Of a stretch of 56,541 bases of DNA, positions 10,117 through 19,630 are shown piece after piece. The stretch is from a virus (taxonomy: Duplodnaviria; Caudoviricetes), in the IMG/VR virus record IMGVR_UViG_3300010354_000110, positions 1 through 56,541 of that record; one strand, given 5' to 3'. The number at the start of each line of letters is the position of its first letter. The stretch's first letter is position 1. Below the pieces are notes generated by a model. The model saw nothing but the letters and a program-made list of their open reading frames with translations. It ran no database searches and was not told the origin of the DNA. A program made the translations under genes and the position numbers.

Positions 10117-10155
10117 GCCCTGTACTCAGCGCTCCGCTGGGTGCAGGGCTTTTCT
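10117..10155 (+). terminator. rho-independent terminator
   Basis: GCCCTGTACTCAGCG-CTC-CGCTGGGTGCAGGGC followed by TTTTCT. Confidence 0.65.
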
Positions 10156-10157
10156 CA

Positions 10158-10376
10158 TTGGAGGACCACATGGCTAACAGCGACTGGCCTCGCATTGCCG
10201 ATCAAGAGCACATTGAGCATCGCTGGGTGTACTTCGCACCTGTTATTGGTCAGGTGATCGAAGACGACTGGCAGTTCCGTCTTCCATTGAAGACAGCTTT
10301 CGCCGAGTGTTATTTTTCGGTCGGTGACATTGTTGGAAAGCACGATCTAGAGTGCATCTGGAGGAAACAAGCGTGA
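10158..10376 (+). CDS. hypothetical protein
   Basis: Short ORF; GGAGG precedes the internal ATG (MANSDW...), which is the likely real start. Confidence 0.6.
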   Translation: MEDHMANSDWPRIADQEHIEHRWVYFAPVIGQVIEDDWQFRLPLKTAFAECYFSVGDIVGKHDLECIWRKQA

Positions 10377-11254
10377 GTTCAAAAGACCAATTCTCAGCAA
10401 AGATTCTTGCAGACTCAGTGAATATCTGTGGTAATAGGTTGACCACATGGGAGGTCACTTATCCTCGCATCATTCACTCTGAGATGCTTCGGCACCGCAT
10501 CATGTCCCGCAATGCTGCTAGTAGCCGAGCAGTTCCTATTGAGCGATTCATTGATGCTGTTGTTGATGCTCCTTTTGTGCCTCTGCACATCGGGGCTGCT
10601 CAGGGAGGAATGCAGGCATTCAATGAGGTACAGGGCGATGCTCGTCGTGAAGCGTTAGCAGTGATTGAATTTCACAGTACTGATGCTGTTCATATTGCCG
10701 ACACCCTGTCTAAGTTGGGCGTACACAAGCAGGTAGCTAACCGGTATCTTGAACCATTCCTGTTCATCACTGAGATTATCAGTACCACATCTTTCAAGCA
10801 TTTCGAGTTGCTGCGGGACCATCCTATGGCAGAGCCTCATATCCAGCATGTGGCTAGGCTGATGTCCAAGGTTCGATCTGAGAGTATTCCTGAGTTGTTG
10901 CAGGTTGGTCAGTGGCATCTACCGTTGGTTTACGAAGAAGACCGACACTTGTCACTAGAAGATCAGAAGAAGGTGTCAGTTGCTAGATGTGCTCGTGTGA
11001 GCTACGTTAGGCAGAATGAGATCAAAGACTATACCGATGATTTTGCTCTGTATGAGCGGCTGGTGGGCAGTGATCCCAAGCATGCTAGTCCTACAGAGCA
11101 TCAGGCTACCCCTTGGGTAAAGAACCTTGGTGTTCTAGGTGATCCTTTATGGGTTCCACTCCAATCAGGCAACTTCCTTGGTTGGAAGCAGCACCGGAAA
11201 GAGATCGAAGGCGAGTTCGTACCAGACGAGCCATATATAGGACCAACCCGATGA
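10373..11254 (+). CDS. thyX: FAD-dependent thymidylate synthase
   Basis: RHRxxSRNAASSR ThyX motif, HKQVANRYLEPF, ARCARVSY, HASPTEH. GGAGG precedes GTG 10373. Confidence 0.92.
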   Translation: MSSKDQFSAKILADSVNICGNRLTTWEVTYPRIIHSEMLRHRIMSRNAASSRAVPIERFIDAVVDAPFVPLHIGAAQGGMQAFNEVQGDARREALAVIEFHSTDAVHIADTLSKLGVHKQVANRYLEPFLFITEIISTTSFKHFELLRDHPMAEPHIQHVARLMSKVRSESIPELLQVGQWHLPLVYEEDRHLSLEDQKKVSVARCARVSYVRQNEIKDYTDDFALYERLVGSDPKHASPTEHQATPWVKNLGVLGDPLWVPLQSGNFLGWKQHRKEIEGEFVPDEPYIGPTR

Positions 11255-11838
11255 ACCAAACCCAACAAGAGAAGGCCAAGTATGAGCAGGTCTGGTCCCA
11301 TGACCAGTACCGCAAATTCTCTCCTGGTCTTGCTGCTATCACACAACAACCAATAACACAGCTGCTGGGCTATAGGACCACAGTTCTCGATGTTGGCTGT
11401 GGCAGTGGCAAGGCTGCACAGAGGCTGATCGAACTAGGCTACCAAGTATCTGGTTTCGATATTGCAGACAATTGCCTAGATCGGGATACAAAGGAAGCCT
11501 TTGGATTCCAGTTCTATCGGGGCTGCATCTGGGAAGACCTTGGTAAAGTTCCGAAACATCATGCAGTGTTTTGCACTGACTTGATGGAACATCTGCCTAC
11601 AGAGCGTGTACATGCCTCCTTAGCAGCGATGCGAGAAGCATGCACCTACGGAGTGTTTCTAGGGGTTGCCCTATTCAATGACGGCTTTGGCCCAAAACTA
11701 CTAGGCACACCCTTGCACCTCACTGTTAAGCCTTATCAGTGGTGGTTGGAAGAGATCGCTAAGGCAGGATTGACGGTTACCTACTTCGCAGTGGACACCA
11801 GAGGTCCTGGTTGGCTATACTGCTTTGCGACTAAGTAG
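11251..11838 (+). CDS. class I SAM-dependent methyltransferase
   Basis: VLDVGCGSG motif I, CTDLMEHL, LHLTVKPYQWW. Confidence 0.85.
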   Translation: MNQTQQEKAKYEQVWSHDQYRKFSPGLAAITQQPITQLLGYRTTVLDVGCGSGKAAQRLIELGYQVSGFDIADNCLDRDTKEAFGFQFYRGCIWEDLGKVPKHHAVFCTDLMEHLPTERVHASLAAMREACTYGVFLGVALFNDGFGPKLLGTPLHLTVKPYQWWLEEIAKAGLTVTYFAVDTRGPGWLYCFATK

Positions 11839-11856
11839 GGTTCTATTGGAGTTCTC

Positions 11857-12132
11857 GTGTTTGTTACTCGAATGTCACCTGATACTGAACTCAAAATCTA
11901 CAACCGCCAGACAGGCGAGTACGTAGGCACAGTTAAGGTATTGAGACCAAAGTGCGATGGCGGCAGGTCACAATTAGGCTTGGATTTCGACAAGAACCTA
12001 TACGCATTCGATTTCAAGCAGAGAGAACCTGTGGTCACTGTTGTCGATTCAATGTCATTTGGTGACCACAATCCCGACGATGAAGAGTGGAATGTTCCGA
12101 AAGAGGCTGGTAACCTCTATGACGATTACTAA
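11857..12132 (+). CDS. CsrA-like small beta protein (tentative)
   Basis: MFVTRM..ELKI..TVKVL..GRSQLGLDF resembles the CsrA strand pattern; GGAG RBS present. Confidence 0.4.
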   Translation: MFVTRMSPDTELKIYNRQTGEYVGTVKVLRPKCDGGRSQLGLDFDKNLYAFDFKQREPVVTVVDSMSFGDHNPDDEEWNVPKEAGNLYDDY

Positions 12133-12144
12133 GGAGACGTTGTT

Positions 12145-12627
12145 TTGTACTATATTGGATTTGATTTAAGTATTTCCTCAACAGGTGTGGCAGTTATCGA
12201 TGAACAAGGCTACTTAATCGAAACTATCGCAATCAAGACTAAGCCGGATGACTACCGTGGACCACAGGGGTTTGCTAATCGCTTGGTATTCATCACTGAC
12301 ATGCTGATGTCCGTATTGCGTGAATACCGGCCAGCTAAACTGGCAATCGAGCAGACCTTAACAGGTACGGCTGGGTACGGTGTCCAGGATAGAGCAAAGT
12401 TGATTGGTGTTCTTCAGTATCGAATAATTACTGAAGTTCCTGAGCACAACGATCCGTTGTACGTCTATCCGTCGTCATTGAAGAAGCTGGTCACTGGTAG
12501 TGGTAAGGCTGACAAGGCTGAAATGAAGAAGGCTATCGATAGTGTGTTTGGATACGATCTGGGCCTTGAGACAAGCGACGAGTATGACGCGGTGGGTCTT
12601 TGTCTGGTACGAGGTGAATGGCTATGA
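12145..12627 (+). CDS. ruvC: RuvC-like Holliday junction resolvase
   Basis: IGFDLSISSTG, LAIEQ, PSSLKKLVTGSGKADKAEM, DEYDA. Confidence 0.9.
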   Translation: MYYIGFDLSISSTGVAVIDEQGYLIETIAIKTKPDDYRGPQGFANRLVFITDMLMSVLREYRPAKLAIEQTLTGTAGYGVQDRAKLIGVLQYRIITEVPEHNDPLYVYPSSLKKLVTGSGKADKAEMKKAIDSVFGYDLGLETSDEYDAVGLCLVRGEWL

Positions 12628-13445
12628 GAATTAAAGCAGAAGAACGACTCGGCAAAGTATTCGGTAACTTAACAGCAATATCTATAGTATCAGTATCGAA
12701 GCATTCCAAAGTGCTTTGCAAATGTTCCTGCGGAAACGAGTGTGTAGTTTTCGTTGGGAGTTTAGTGTCTGGTCATACCAGATCGTGTGGGTGCCTTCAG
12801 AGACGGATTGAAGACCTTTCTGGTTCCGTGTTTGGTAGGCTTGTTGTCCGAGAATTCGCGTATATAAAGAACAACATCTCATACTGGACCTGTGTGTGCT
12901 CTTGTGGTACAGTCAAACCTGTCTGTAGGTCTGCCTTAGTAAGCGGGGCTACTGTATCCTGCGGGTGTTTCAGCAAAGAACTGGCAAAAGCACATATTGT
13001 TTCACTTAACACAACACACGGAATGGGGAATACACCGGAGCATCGTTCTTGGTGTTCCATGCTGTGCCGGTGCTTCAATACAAAAGATAAGTCTTGGCCT
13101 AGATATGGTGGTCGTGGCATTACTGTTTGCGAGGAGTGGCTGAAATTCGAGAACTTCTATGCAGATATGGGGGATAGGCCTGAAGGAATGAGCCTAGACC
13201 GTGTTGACAATGACGGACCTTACTGTAAGGAGAATTGCAGGTGGTCTACCATAGACCAGCAAAACAACAATAGAACAAATTATTGCAGATTTTTGATGTA
13301 CCGTGGAGAAGTAAGGACAGCGTCTCAATGGGCGAGAGCCATGGGCATATGTTTGGGCACGTTCTGGAACAGGCTCAAACGGGGCTGGTCTATTGAAGAT
13401 GCGTTAGAGACCCCACCAGGAGTAAAACGTGGACCTCGTATTTGA
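12618..13445 (+). CDS. HNH homing endonuclease with duplicated N-terminal CxCG/SCGC module
   Basis: Two FG.L..C.CSCG..SCGC repeats; SLDRVDNDGPYCKENCRW. Confidence 0.88.
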   Translation: MAMRIKAEERLGKVFGNLTAISIVSVSKHSKVLCKCSCGNECVVFVGSLVSGHTRSCGCLQRRIEDLSGSVFGRLVVREFAYIKNNISYWTCVCSCGTVKPVCRSALVSGATVSCGCFSKELAKAHIVSLNTTHGMGNTPEHRSWCSMLCRCFNTKDKSWPRYGGRGITVCEEWLKFENFYADMGDRPEGMSLDRVDNDGPYCKENCRWSTIDQQNNNRTNYCRFLMYRGEVRTASQWARAMGICLGTFWNRLKRGWSIEDALETPPGVKRGPRI

Positions 13446-15498
13446 CATCGAGACAGACGCCATTGATGCAAGCATTGTACACTGTATCGCCGTTAGGGAT
13501 TGTAACTCCGGGGCTGCTGTTTTGTACGGCCCTGATGCGATTCTTGCTGGGTTACAGCACATAAGTGAAGCAGACCGCCTGTTTGCCCACAACGGCCTGT
13601 CCTTTGACATCCCAGTACTCAATCGTCTCCTTAACTGGGAGCCTAAAGAGACCACAGAGGTCATTGATACCTTGATCTGGTCTAGGTTCCTATATTCAGA
13701 CCTAGCTAAGAACGATCTGAAGGCTTACGGAGACGATGAAGAGGCCGAGTTCAAAGCATTGATCGGCAAGCATTCGCTTGAAGCCTGGGGCAAACGCCTT
13801 GGGGTTCACAAGGTCGACTTCCAAGGTCCGTGGGAGGTATATACCCAAGAAATGGGTGACTACTGCCTTGCAGACACCGCAACCAACATGGCTATTGTTC
13901 GTCACTTCATGGGAATGAACTGTACGAACTTTACTGCATTGAAGATCGAACATGACTTTGCTTGCATCTGTAACAAGATGACTGAGACTGGTGTTTGCTT
14001 TGATGTTGAGAAGGCTAAGGCACTGCATGCTTCATTGAAGACCGATCTTGAAAGACTGACCACAGAGATCACTAGCGACATCCCGCCCACTGTGGTCCAG
14101 ATGAAGACTCCAGAGTACTATCTAGCTACTTGGCCTGATGGTACACAGCAGCAGTTCCCCACGAAAGGTGCTGCAGATGCTGCACGTAAGGTCTTGAAGT
14201 ATCGTCCTCGTGATTGCTCAATTACTGCTGGTCCAGTTGCTCAGAAGATTATCCCATTCAACCTGAACTCACGTCAACAGGTACGTGAGCTTCTATACCA
14301 ACGTCATGGGTGGCTGTCCCCTGCTCTGACTGAGACAGGTGAGAAGATGGTCGGTCAGTTATCAGGTGAAGAACTTGCTCGTGACTATGGCAAGCTGTCA
14401 GAAGAACTCTTGCGGGAGTGTCCTTTTGAGATTGGTAAGCAGTTAGCTGACTATTATCTGATAACCAAAATCAGCAGCTTCCTGCTCAGTGCGGATGAGG
14501 ATAAGGGTTGGCTGACGATGTGCGGTGATGGTAGGATTCACGGACGGATTATTACAATTGGGGCAAGTACCTTCCGTTGTACCCACAACAGTCCCAATGT
14601 TGCTCAGGTGCCTCATACAGCGGTAGGTAAGGACAAGCAGCCCCTATTCGGGCTACAAGGCCGCTACGGGGCAGATTGCCGCTCTCTGTTCATCGCTAGT
14701 CCTGGGTATGTGATGGTCGGTGCTGACCTGAGCGGGATCGAGGCTGTGATGTTGGGGCACTTCCTCTATCCCTACGATTCTGGAGAGTTTGCCAAACTGA
14801 TCGCAGCAGGAGACATCCACAGTCGGAATGCTCAGGCGATCCGTGACTTCGGGGGGTTTGCTATCAGTCGTGGTGACTCCAAGGGATGCTTCTATGCTTA
14901 CCTGTATTCTGCGGGTGACATGAAACTGGGCCAGGTGATGATCTCGACCACTCCGGACGCGGCTACCTACTACGCTGATAAGCGGGACTGGTTCCGGAGA
15001 AACCCAGGAGCAATTTCTTCCAAGGTGTGGTCAGACGCACTGAAGGCTCGTCGCTTGGCAACAGCAGAGGAAGCGGCACTCATCGACATTGGAGGCAGAG
15101 TACGTACATCCTTGGAGCAGGGTATTACGGGTCTGGCTGATCTAGGAACAGCCGTACAGACTGCCGCTAAGCGAGGCTATCTGAACGTCTTTGACAGACG
15201 GATTCCTATCAGGAACACGCGAGCAGCCCTCAACGCATTGTTACAAGGCTCAGCAGCCCTGATTAACAAGCAGTGGGTTGTTCTGACGGATCGGCGTTGT
15301 CGTGAGCAGGGTGTTGTGTATCGGCCACTAATGACAATTCACGATGAGTACGACGCTGAAATGCTACCGGAGTATGTTGAAGCATACTCTAAAATCTGCC
15401 TTCAGTCAATTGGTTTGGCTGGAGAGTACTACAAGATTCGCCTGCCGGTTACCGGTGAGGTTAAGCAAGGGGCCTCGTGGCTTGCAGTCCACGCTTAA
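13429..15498 (+). CDS. family A (T7-like) DNA polymerase with 3'-5' exonuclease domain
   Basis: Exo motifs FDIETD, AHNGLSFD, YCLAD; pol motifs PNVAQVP, GADLSGIE, RGDSKGCFYAYLY, LNALLQG, IHDE. Confidence 0.95.
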   Translation: MDLVFDIETDAIDASIVHCIAVRDCNSGAAVLYGPDAILAGLQHISEADRLFAHNGLSFDIPVLNRLLNWEPKETTEVIDTLIWSRFLYSDLAKNDLKAYGDDEEAEFKALIGKHSLEAWGKRLGVHKVDFQGPWEVYTQEMGDYCLADTATNMAIVRHFMGMNCTNFTALKIEHDFACICNKMTETGVCFDVEKAKALHASLKTDLERLTTEITSDIPPTVVQMKTPEYYLATWPDGTQQQFPTKGAADAARKVLKYRPRDCSITAGPVAQKIIPFNLNSRQQVRELLYQRHGWLSPALTETGEKMVGQLSGEELARDYGKLSEELLRECPFEIGKQLADYYLITKISSFLLSADEDKGWLTMCGDGRIHGRIITIGASTFRCTHNSPNVAQVPHTAVGKDKQPLFGLQGRYGADCRSLFIASPGYVMVGADLSGIEAVMLGHFLYPYDSGEFAKLIAAGDIHSRNAQAIRDFGGFAISRGDSKGCFYAYLYSAGDMKLGQVMISTTPDAATYYADKRDWFRRNPGAISSKVWSDALKARRLATAEEAALIDIGGRVRTSLEQGITGLADLGTAVQTAAKRGYLNVFDRRIPIRNTRAALNALLQGSAALINKQWVVLTDRRCREQGVVYRPLMTIHDEYDAEMLPEYVEAYSKICLQSIGLAGEYYKIRLPVTGEVKQGASWLAVHA

Positions 15499-15512
15499 AT
15501 AAGGGGTTTGTG

Positions 15513-16316
15513 ATGGCTGGTGTGTGTGTTAATTTGTTAGGGGAGACGTTCGGGCGTCTCCGAGTTGTGGGCGGTCCGTTTATAGAAGACGGCTGCACTT
15601 GGTGGCTATGTGCTTGTGATTGTGGGAATGAGACGAAAGTACGAGGAGGTTCTTTACGATCAGGGGCCACCAAATCTTGCGGGTGCTATGCTAGATCACA
15701 AACAGCGATAAGGAGCAAGACGCATGGAATGAGTAAGACTCCTGTATATCATACTTGGAGGTGCATGCTTTCTAGGTGTTACTATAAAAAAGATCGGTGC
15801 TATGCGATCTATGGAGGAAGGGGTATCGTTGTATGTGATCGCTGGAGAGAGTCGTTTGAAAACTTTTATGCAGATATGGGAGACAAGCCTTCTAGTAACC
15901 ACAGTCTAGACAGGATCGATTCAGATGGCAACTACTGTCAAGCCAACTGCCGCTGGGCAACACCGACAGAACAAGCTAACAACCGAAGAAACAGCATTCG
16001 TGTGTGTATAGACGGAGTATCTAAGTCTCTTGCCGACTGGGCCGAATTTTATGGGATACGGTTGAATACAATAGACACCCGTATTGCACGCGGGTGGTCT
16101 TATGAAGAGGCGGTATGCGGAAGACCACGAAAAAAGCGTGCTTGCCATACTAATCTTTATTTTGTAGATGGTGCCCATCTCAATGTAAAAGACGCAGCAA
16201 AAAAGTATGGTATGCCGCAATCAGCGGTGCGTGAAAGATTGAACCGTGGGTGGACGATTGAAGAAGCCCTGACAACACCTATTCAGGCGAAATTTAAGCC
16301 AAAAGGTCAACAATGA
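15513..16316 (+). CDS. HNH homing endonuclease with duplicated C-terminal HTH-like module
   Basis: HSLDRIDSDGNYCQANCRWAT; two R..RGW..EEA repeats. Confidence 0.88.
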   Translation: MAGVCVNLLGETFGRLRVVGGPFIEDGCTWWLCACDCGNETKVRGGSLRSGATKSCGCYARSQTAIRSKTHGMSKTPVYHTWRCMLSRCYYKKDRCYAIYGGRGIVVCDRWRESFENFYADMGDKPSSNHSLDRIDSDGNYCQANCRWATPTEQANNRRNSIRVCIDGVSKSLADWAEFYGIRLNTIDTRIARGWSYEEAVCGRPRKKRACHTNLYFVDGAHLNVKDAAKKYGMPQSAVRERLNRGWTIEEALTTPIQAKFKPKGQQ

Positions 16317-16906
16317 AACGATTGCTTGTTGCTTGTGAATACTCAGGACGTGTCAGAGAAGCCTTCCGCAAGAAGGGCTGGGATGCTTGGTCCTGTGATT
16401 TACTCCCATCAGAGGATGACTCACCATACCACATTGTCGGTGATGTTCTCTCTCTCTTAGACGATGGCTGGGACATGATGATTGCACACCCACCGTGTAC
16501 TAGGCTTGCTAACAGCGGAGTCAGGTGGCTGAATGAAAGGAATCTGTGGTCAGACTTGGATGAGGCTTGCGAGTTCTACCTAAAGTTCCGCAATGCACCG
16601 ATTACAAAGAAAGCTATTGAAAATCCCATCATGCACAAGTACGCTAAGGAGCGTATCGGCGAGTTACCCAGGCAGATCGTTCAGCCTTGGTGGTTCGGTG
16701 ATCCCTACTTCAAGGCTACAGGCTTTGAGTTACACGGTTTGCCTGACCTAATCCCAACCAACAGACTCGTACCGCCAGCGAAAGGAACACCAGAACACAA
16801 ACTGTGGTCTGCGTGTCACATGGCAAGTCCTGGTAAGGACAGATGGAAAGAACGGTCGAGAACCTACCAAGGCGTAGCAGACGCAATGGCAAATCAGTGG
16901 TCATGA
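16313..16906 (+). CDS. short DNA cytosine methyltransferase-like protein
   Basis: LLVACEYSG, WSCDL, IAHPPC (PC catalytic motif), IENP, RSRTYQGVADAMANQW. Confidence 0.75.
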   Translation: MKRLLVACEYSGRVREAFRKKGWDAWSCDLLPSEDDSPYHIVGDVLSLLDDGWDMMIAHPPCTRLANSGVRWLNERNLWSDLDEACEFYLKFRNAPITKKAIENPIMHKYAKERIGELPRQIVQPWWFGDPYFKATGFELHGLPDLIPTNRLVPPAKGTPEHKLWSACHMASPGKDRWKERSRTYQGVADAMANQWS

Positions 16907-17127
16907 AACCCAATGGAGAAGAACTGATGTGGGAATACACTACCTTCGTTACTCACTCACTGGAGACAGCAGCGTCTAATCTCAACTACAGTTATGAAGG
17001 TTGGGAACCGGTTCACCTGTCCGATAGACCCGTCCCAGTAAGCCCACCGGACAGGGGGTATGAGTACGGGACAGTGGTCCACGAGTTCACTGTACTGCTA
17101 AAGCGGAAAAGACCAGAACCTAAATGA
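16903..17127 (+). CDS. small hypothetical protein (DUF4177-like)
   Basis: WEY...LN..EGWE...LLKR pattern. Confidence 0.5.
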   Translation: MKPNGEELMWEYTTFVTHSLETAASNLNYSYEGWEPVHLSDRPVPVSPPDRGYEYGTVVHEFTVLLKRKRPEPK

Positions 17128-17169
17128 AGAAACCCCACTAGGATCACTCCTAGTGGGGTTCTTTTTTTG
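17128..17169. terminator. terminator between convergent blocks, probably bidirectional
   Basis: 13-bp stem AACCCCACTAGGA-TCAC-TCCTAGTGGGGTT, T-run downstream, A-rich upstream. Confidence 0.85.
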
Positions 17170-17172
17170 TAC

Positions 17173-17721
17173 CTAGCTCAGTCGATTTAACTCACCAGCA
17201 ATCACACCAAAGTCTTCCTTGACACTATCCAAGGTCATAGGCTTGTCAGGCACTTCATGCCACTTACGCTTACTGACCACTTCTGACCACACATCGCAAG
17301 CCAACTTGAATACTTTAGGACTCAGTAAGTTGAGTTCGTGGAGGATAGCCCCCACAGACCTCAGACGGGCGTTACAGAACGCCTGCTGGTCATCCATGCC
17401 ACGGATACGTTGCACACGCTTGACCTGACAGTGGAACAAACTTCCGATTGCAGCCGCCAAGCAGTCCCAGTGCGATCGCTCTCGACCTTCCAGCGGCATG
17501 TCAGATAGGCTTACGCCTGATCGGTAGCAGTAATCCATTAGGAAGATGCACATATCACCGATGGCATCGTCTTCGTCAGCAATAGTCTCTGCTACAAAGA
17601 ACTCACCGTATTCCTCAACCAGACCCATCAGAGGCACTAGGCACCCTAGTCCTTTCTGGCTGCCGAAATTGGCTACTGACCACTGTCCAACCGCGTTCTT
17701 CAAATCTTCCCAGTTATTCAT
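17173..17721 (-). CDS. MazG-like nucleotide pyrophosphohydrolase
   Basis: WSVANFG..LMGLVEEYGE..DAIGDMCIFL (EExGE...D..GD pattern). Confidence 0.7.
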   Translation of the reverse strand: MNNWEDLKNAVGQWSVANFGSQKGLGCLVPLMGLVEEYGEFFVAETIADEDDAIGDMCIFLMDYCYRSGVSLSDMPLEGRERSHWDCLAAAIGSLFHCQVKRVQRIRGMDDQQAFCNARLRSVGAILHELNLLSPKVFKLACDVWSEVVSKRKWHEVPDKPMTLDSVKEDFGVIAGELNRLS

Positions 17722-17899
17722 CAGCTTTCTCCTTTTTCCAAGTGAACACAACATTGCCATATTGGTTCAGAACATACTGACCGCAATTGTTGGCTACGGC
17801 TGAACACTCATAGTTGCTCCTGGTCCAGATAGAACCAACAAAGGCACCAATAATACAGCCAAGAACGGCACCAAGAAAAAAACCCTCGCCGTCACTCAC
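17714..17899 (-). CDS. small membrane protein
   Basis: Hydrophobic N-terminus FFLGAVLGCIIGAFVG. Confidence 0.6.
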   Translation of the reverse strand: MSDGEGFFLGAVLGCIIGAFVGSIWTRSNYECSAVANNCGQYVLNQYGNVVFTWKKEKADE

Positions 17900-18087
17900 A
17901 GCTCTGTCTCCTCTGGTTTGGTTTCTTGTTCACGGGTAGGTAGATAGCCCTGTGCTCTCTGCCAAGTCAACTCATAACGGTCCACCCAGAGCCGTCCGTT
18001 CGCATCAGTGCAGCACTCTTCGAGTGTCTGCCACTTACCTTCACCACGCCACTGCCCTGGACCAGGGACTTTGATCCATCTGGTCAT
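17896..18087 (-). CDS. hypothetical protein
   Basis: Start and stop overlap neighbouring genes. Confidence 0.55.
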   Translation of the reverse strand: MTRWIKVPGPGQWRGEGKWQTLEECCTDANGRLWVDRYELTWQRAQGYLPTREQETKPEETEL

Positions 18088-18590
18088 GTTGTCTCCTGAA
18101 CTTCAATGGGTTCTGCCTGTGTACCTACACACGCGAACTCGGCCATTTTCTTGTCATCGAAAGCGATAGCCGATCCACCAGGATACGGTACAATCCACCA
18201 CTTTCGAGAAGTCTTTACCGGCTGTGGTCTATATGGACTAGCCAGACTGACCACACCATGCCACTGCTCCCAGCCACGCTCAGTCAGCACCTCTACAAGA
18301 CCATCGCACATGAATGCCGGTCTGTTGTATAAGTACCTTTCATCTGCAGTGAGTTCCTTCCATATCTCCGTGTCCATTGGAAACTGGGCAATTTCTTGCT
18401 CAGACATCCTAACATGAACTTTGGAAATGTTAGGCACATTTTCAATGTACTCACCGCATAGTGGGGAAGCCTTCCTGTGCGACCAGTGTAGCCCGTTCCA
18501 GTAAATGTATTCACTAGGAAGAGGCTCACCAGTTCGCAAAGGTCTCCAGCCGAAGCTAGGCGTTTTGTCGATCATAGAAGTCCCGTACAT
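18084..18590 (-). CDS. hypothetical protein
   Basis: 168-aa Trp-rich ORF in operon. Confidence 0.6.
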   Translation of the reverse strand: MYGTSMIDKTPSFGWRPLRTGEPLPSEYIYWNGLHWSHRKASPLCGEYIENVPNISKVHVRMSEQEIAQFPMDTEIWKELTADERYLYNRPAFMCDGLVEVLTERGWEQWHGVVSLASPYRPQPVKTSRKWWIVPYPGGSAIAFDDKKMAEFACVGTQAEPIEVQETT

Positions 18591-18837
18591 TTCCTGAGAT
18601 GAAGTGGGTTACTGATGGGCTTTCATAGACCACAGTTGTGCCTGTAGACTTAACTACAGCTTTTGGTCTGAATGACTGCTCTTCATAGTACTCCTTCACC
18701 AGTTCCTGCACTCGACGCTTACTGAGAAGACTTTTCTCAGCCAGGTCTTTGGTATCCACTACTCCAGATTTGAGTAGCGATCGAACAAGTTCTCGGGACG
18801 TTGGGTCAGACATTGATCTCTCCTTAGAGGACTTCAC
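18556..18837 (-). CDS. HTH DNA-binding protein (putative)
   Basis: TKDLAEKSLLSKRRVQELVK HTH-like segment. Confidence 0.5.
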   Translation of the reverse strand: MKSSKERSMSDPTSRELVRSLLKSGVVDTKDLAEKSLLSKRRVQELVKEYYEEQSFRPKAVVKSTGTTVVYESPSVTHFISGNVRDFYDRQNA

Positions 18838-19573
18838 GGAAGTGGATGGTGCGGATGTAGTCTGGTAAGCGGCTGATCATTCTAGCCTCTTCGCTGGAGT
18901 AGAAAATGCACCCCAGCTCCTCTCCTGGGCCGTGTTTCCAAAGGTTGATCCAGATTTCACGAGGAGTCCTTGGTCCGTAGTGTTTAGCTAGAGCCTTCTC
19001 CCACACCTCAGTGAAGCGATCGTTTAGCAACTGTGCAAGCGAGCCAACTTCCTGTGGTCCATCAGCATCGAGCAGACGGTCATCGTAGTGCTGTGGTAGG
19101 TCTTCTGGGTAGAGTTCCAACTCGTCCTCTGCTAATCGGTCGATTTCGTAGTTGGCAAGCCACTTGCCACTAGCACGGAGACTGCCCGCAGTCTCGTATG
19201 GAACTGCCGCACCGAGAGACTTAGCAACGAGCACCGTGTATTTCCGATTCTCATCGCTAAAACCGGCATAAGAGAGGTCATGTGGGTTGATTACATACGC
19301 CACTTTACCAACACGGGAATCCGTGAGCACTTTGACCCGGTCCCCCCAGCGAAACTTGCACTGCGGATCGATCCAAGGCGGACGATCTTCGGTGGGTGTT
19401 GGGGCCGGGATTTGGAACAACTGCCCAGAGTTGATTTCAGCAGTGTGGACTTTAGCACCTGGGTGCAGCCCTTGTTCCCAGTCCTTGTCTGCGGGCATCT
19501 TCCACCGATACACAGCAGGCCTGACATCCCCAACCTTTGGGTGCCAATCAATCCACTCGACTTCATCGGACAT
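18824..19573 (-). CDS. hypothetical protein
   Basis: 249-aa ORF with AAGGAG RBS; KFRWGDRVKV SH3/KOW-like segment. Confidence 0.65.
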   Translation of the reverse strand: MSDEVEWIDWHPKVGDVRPAVYRWKMPADKDWEQGLHPGAKVHTAEINSGQLFQIPAPTPTEDRPPWIDPQCKFRWGDRVKVLTDSRVGKVAYVINPHDLSYAGFSDENRKYTVLVAKSLGAAVPYETAGSLRASGKWLANYEIDRLAEDELELYPEDLPQHYDDRLLDADGPQEVGSLAQLLNDRFTEVWEKALAKHYGPRTPREIWINLWKHGPGEELGCIFYSSEEARMISRLPDYIRTIHFREVL

Positions 19574-19630
19574 GTTGTTCTCCTTATGTTCAGACTGACT
19601 ACCTATATACCGCCGCCTAAGGTGGAAGGT

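Noticed and set aside
12618-16316. Group I introns or inteins in the polymerase or terminase associated with the HNH genes
   Set aside because: The polymerase, terminase, portal and helicase ORFs are uninterrupted and of normal length, with no intein-like C...HN motifs noticed; the HNH genes are free-standing.
1245-17721. Z-genome (2-aminoadenine) or other base-substitution pathway, suggested by the HD hydrolase, MazG-like protein, kinase and PolA
   Set aside because: No PurZ/adenylosuccinate synthetase-like or other base-synthesis gene is visible in the window; these enzymes are common in ordinary phages.
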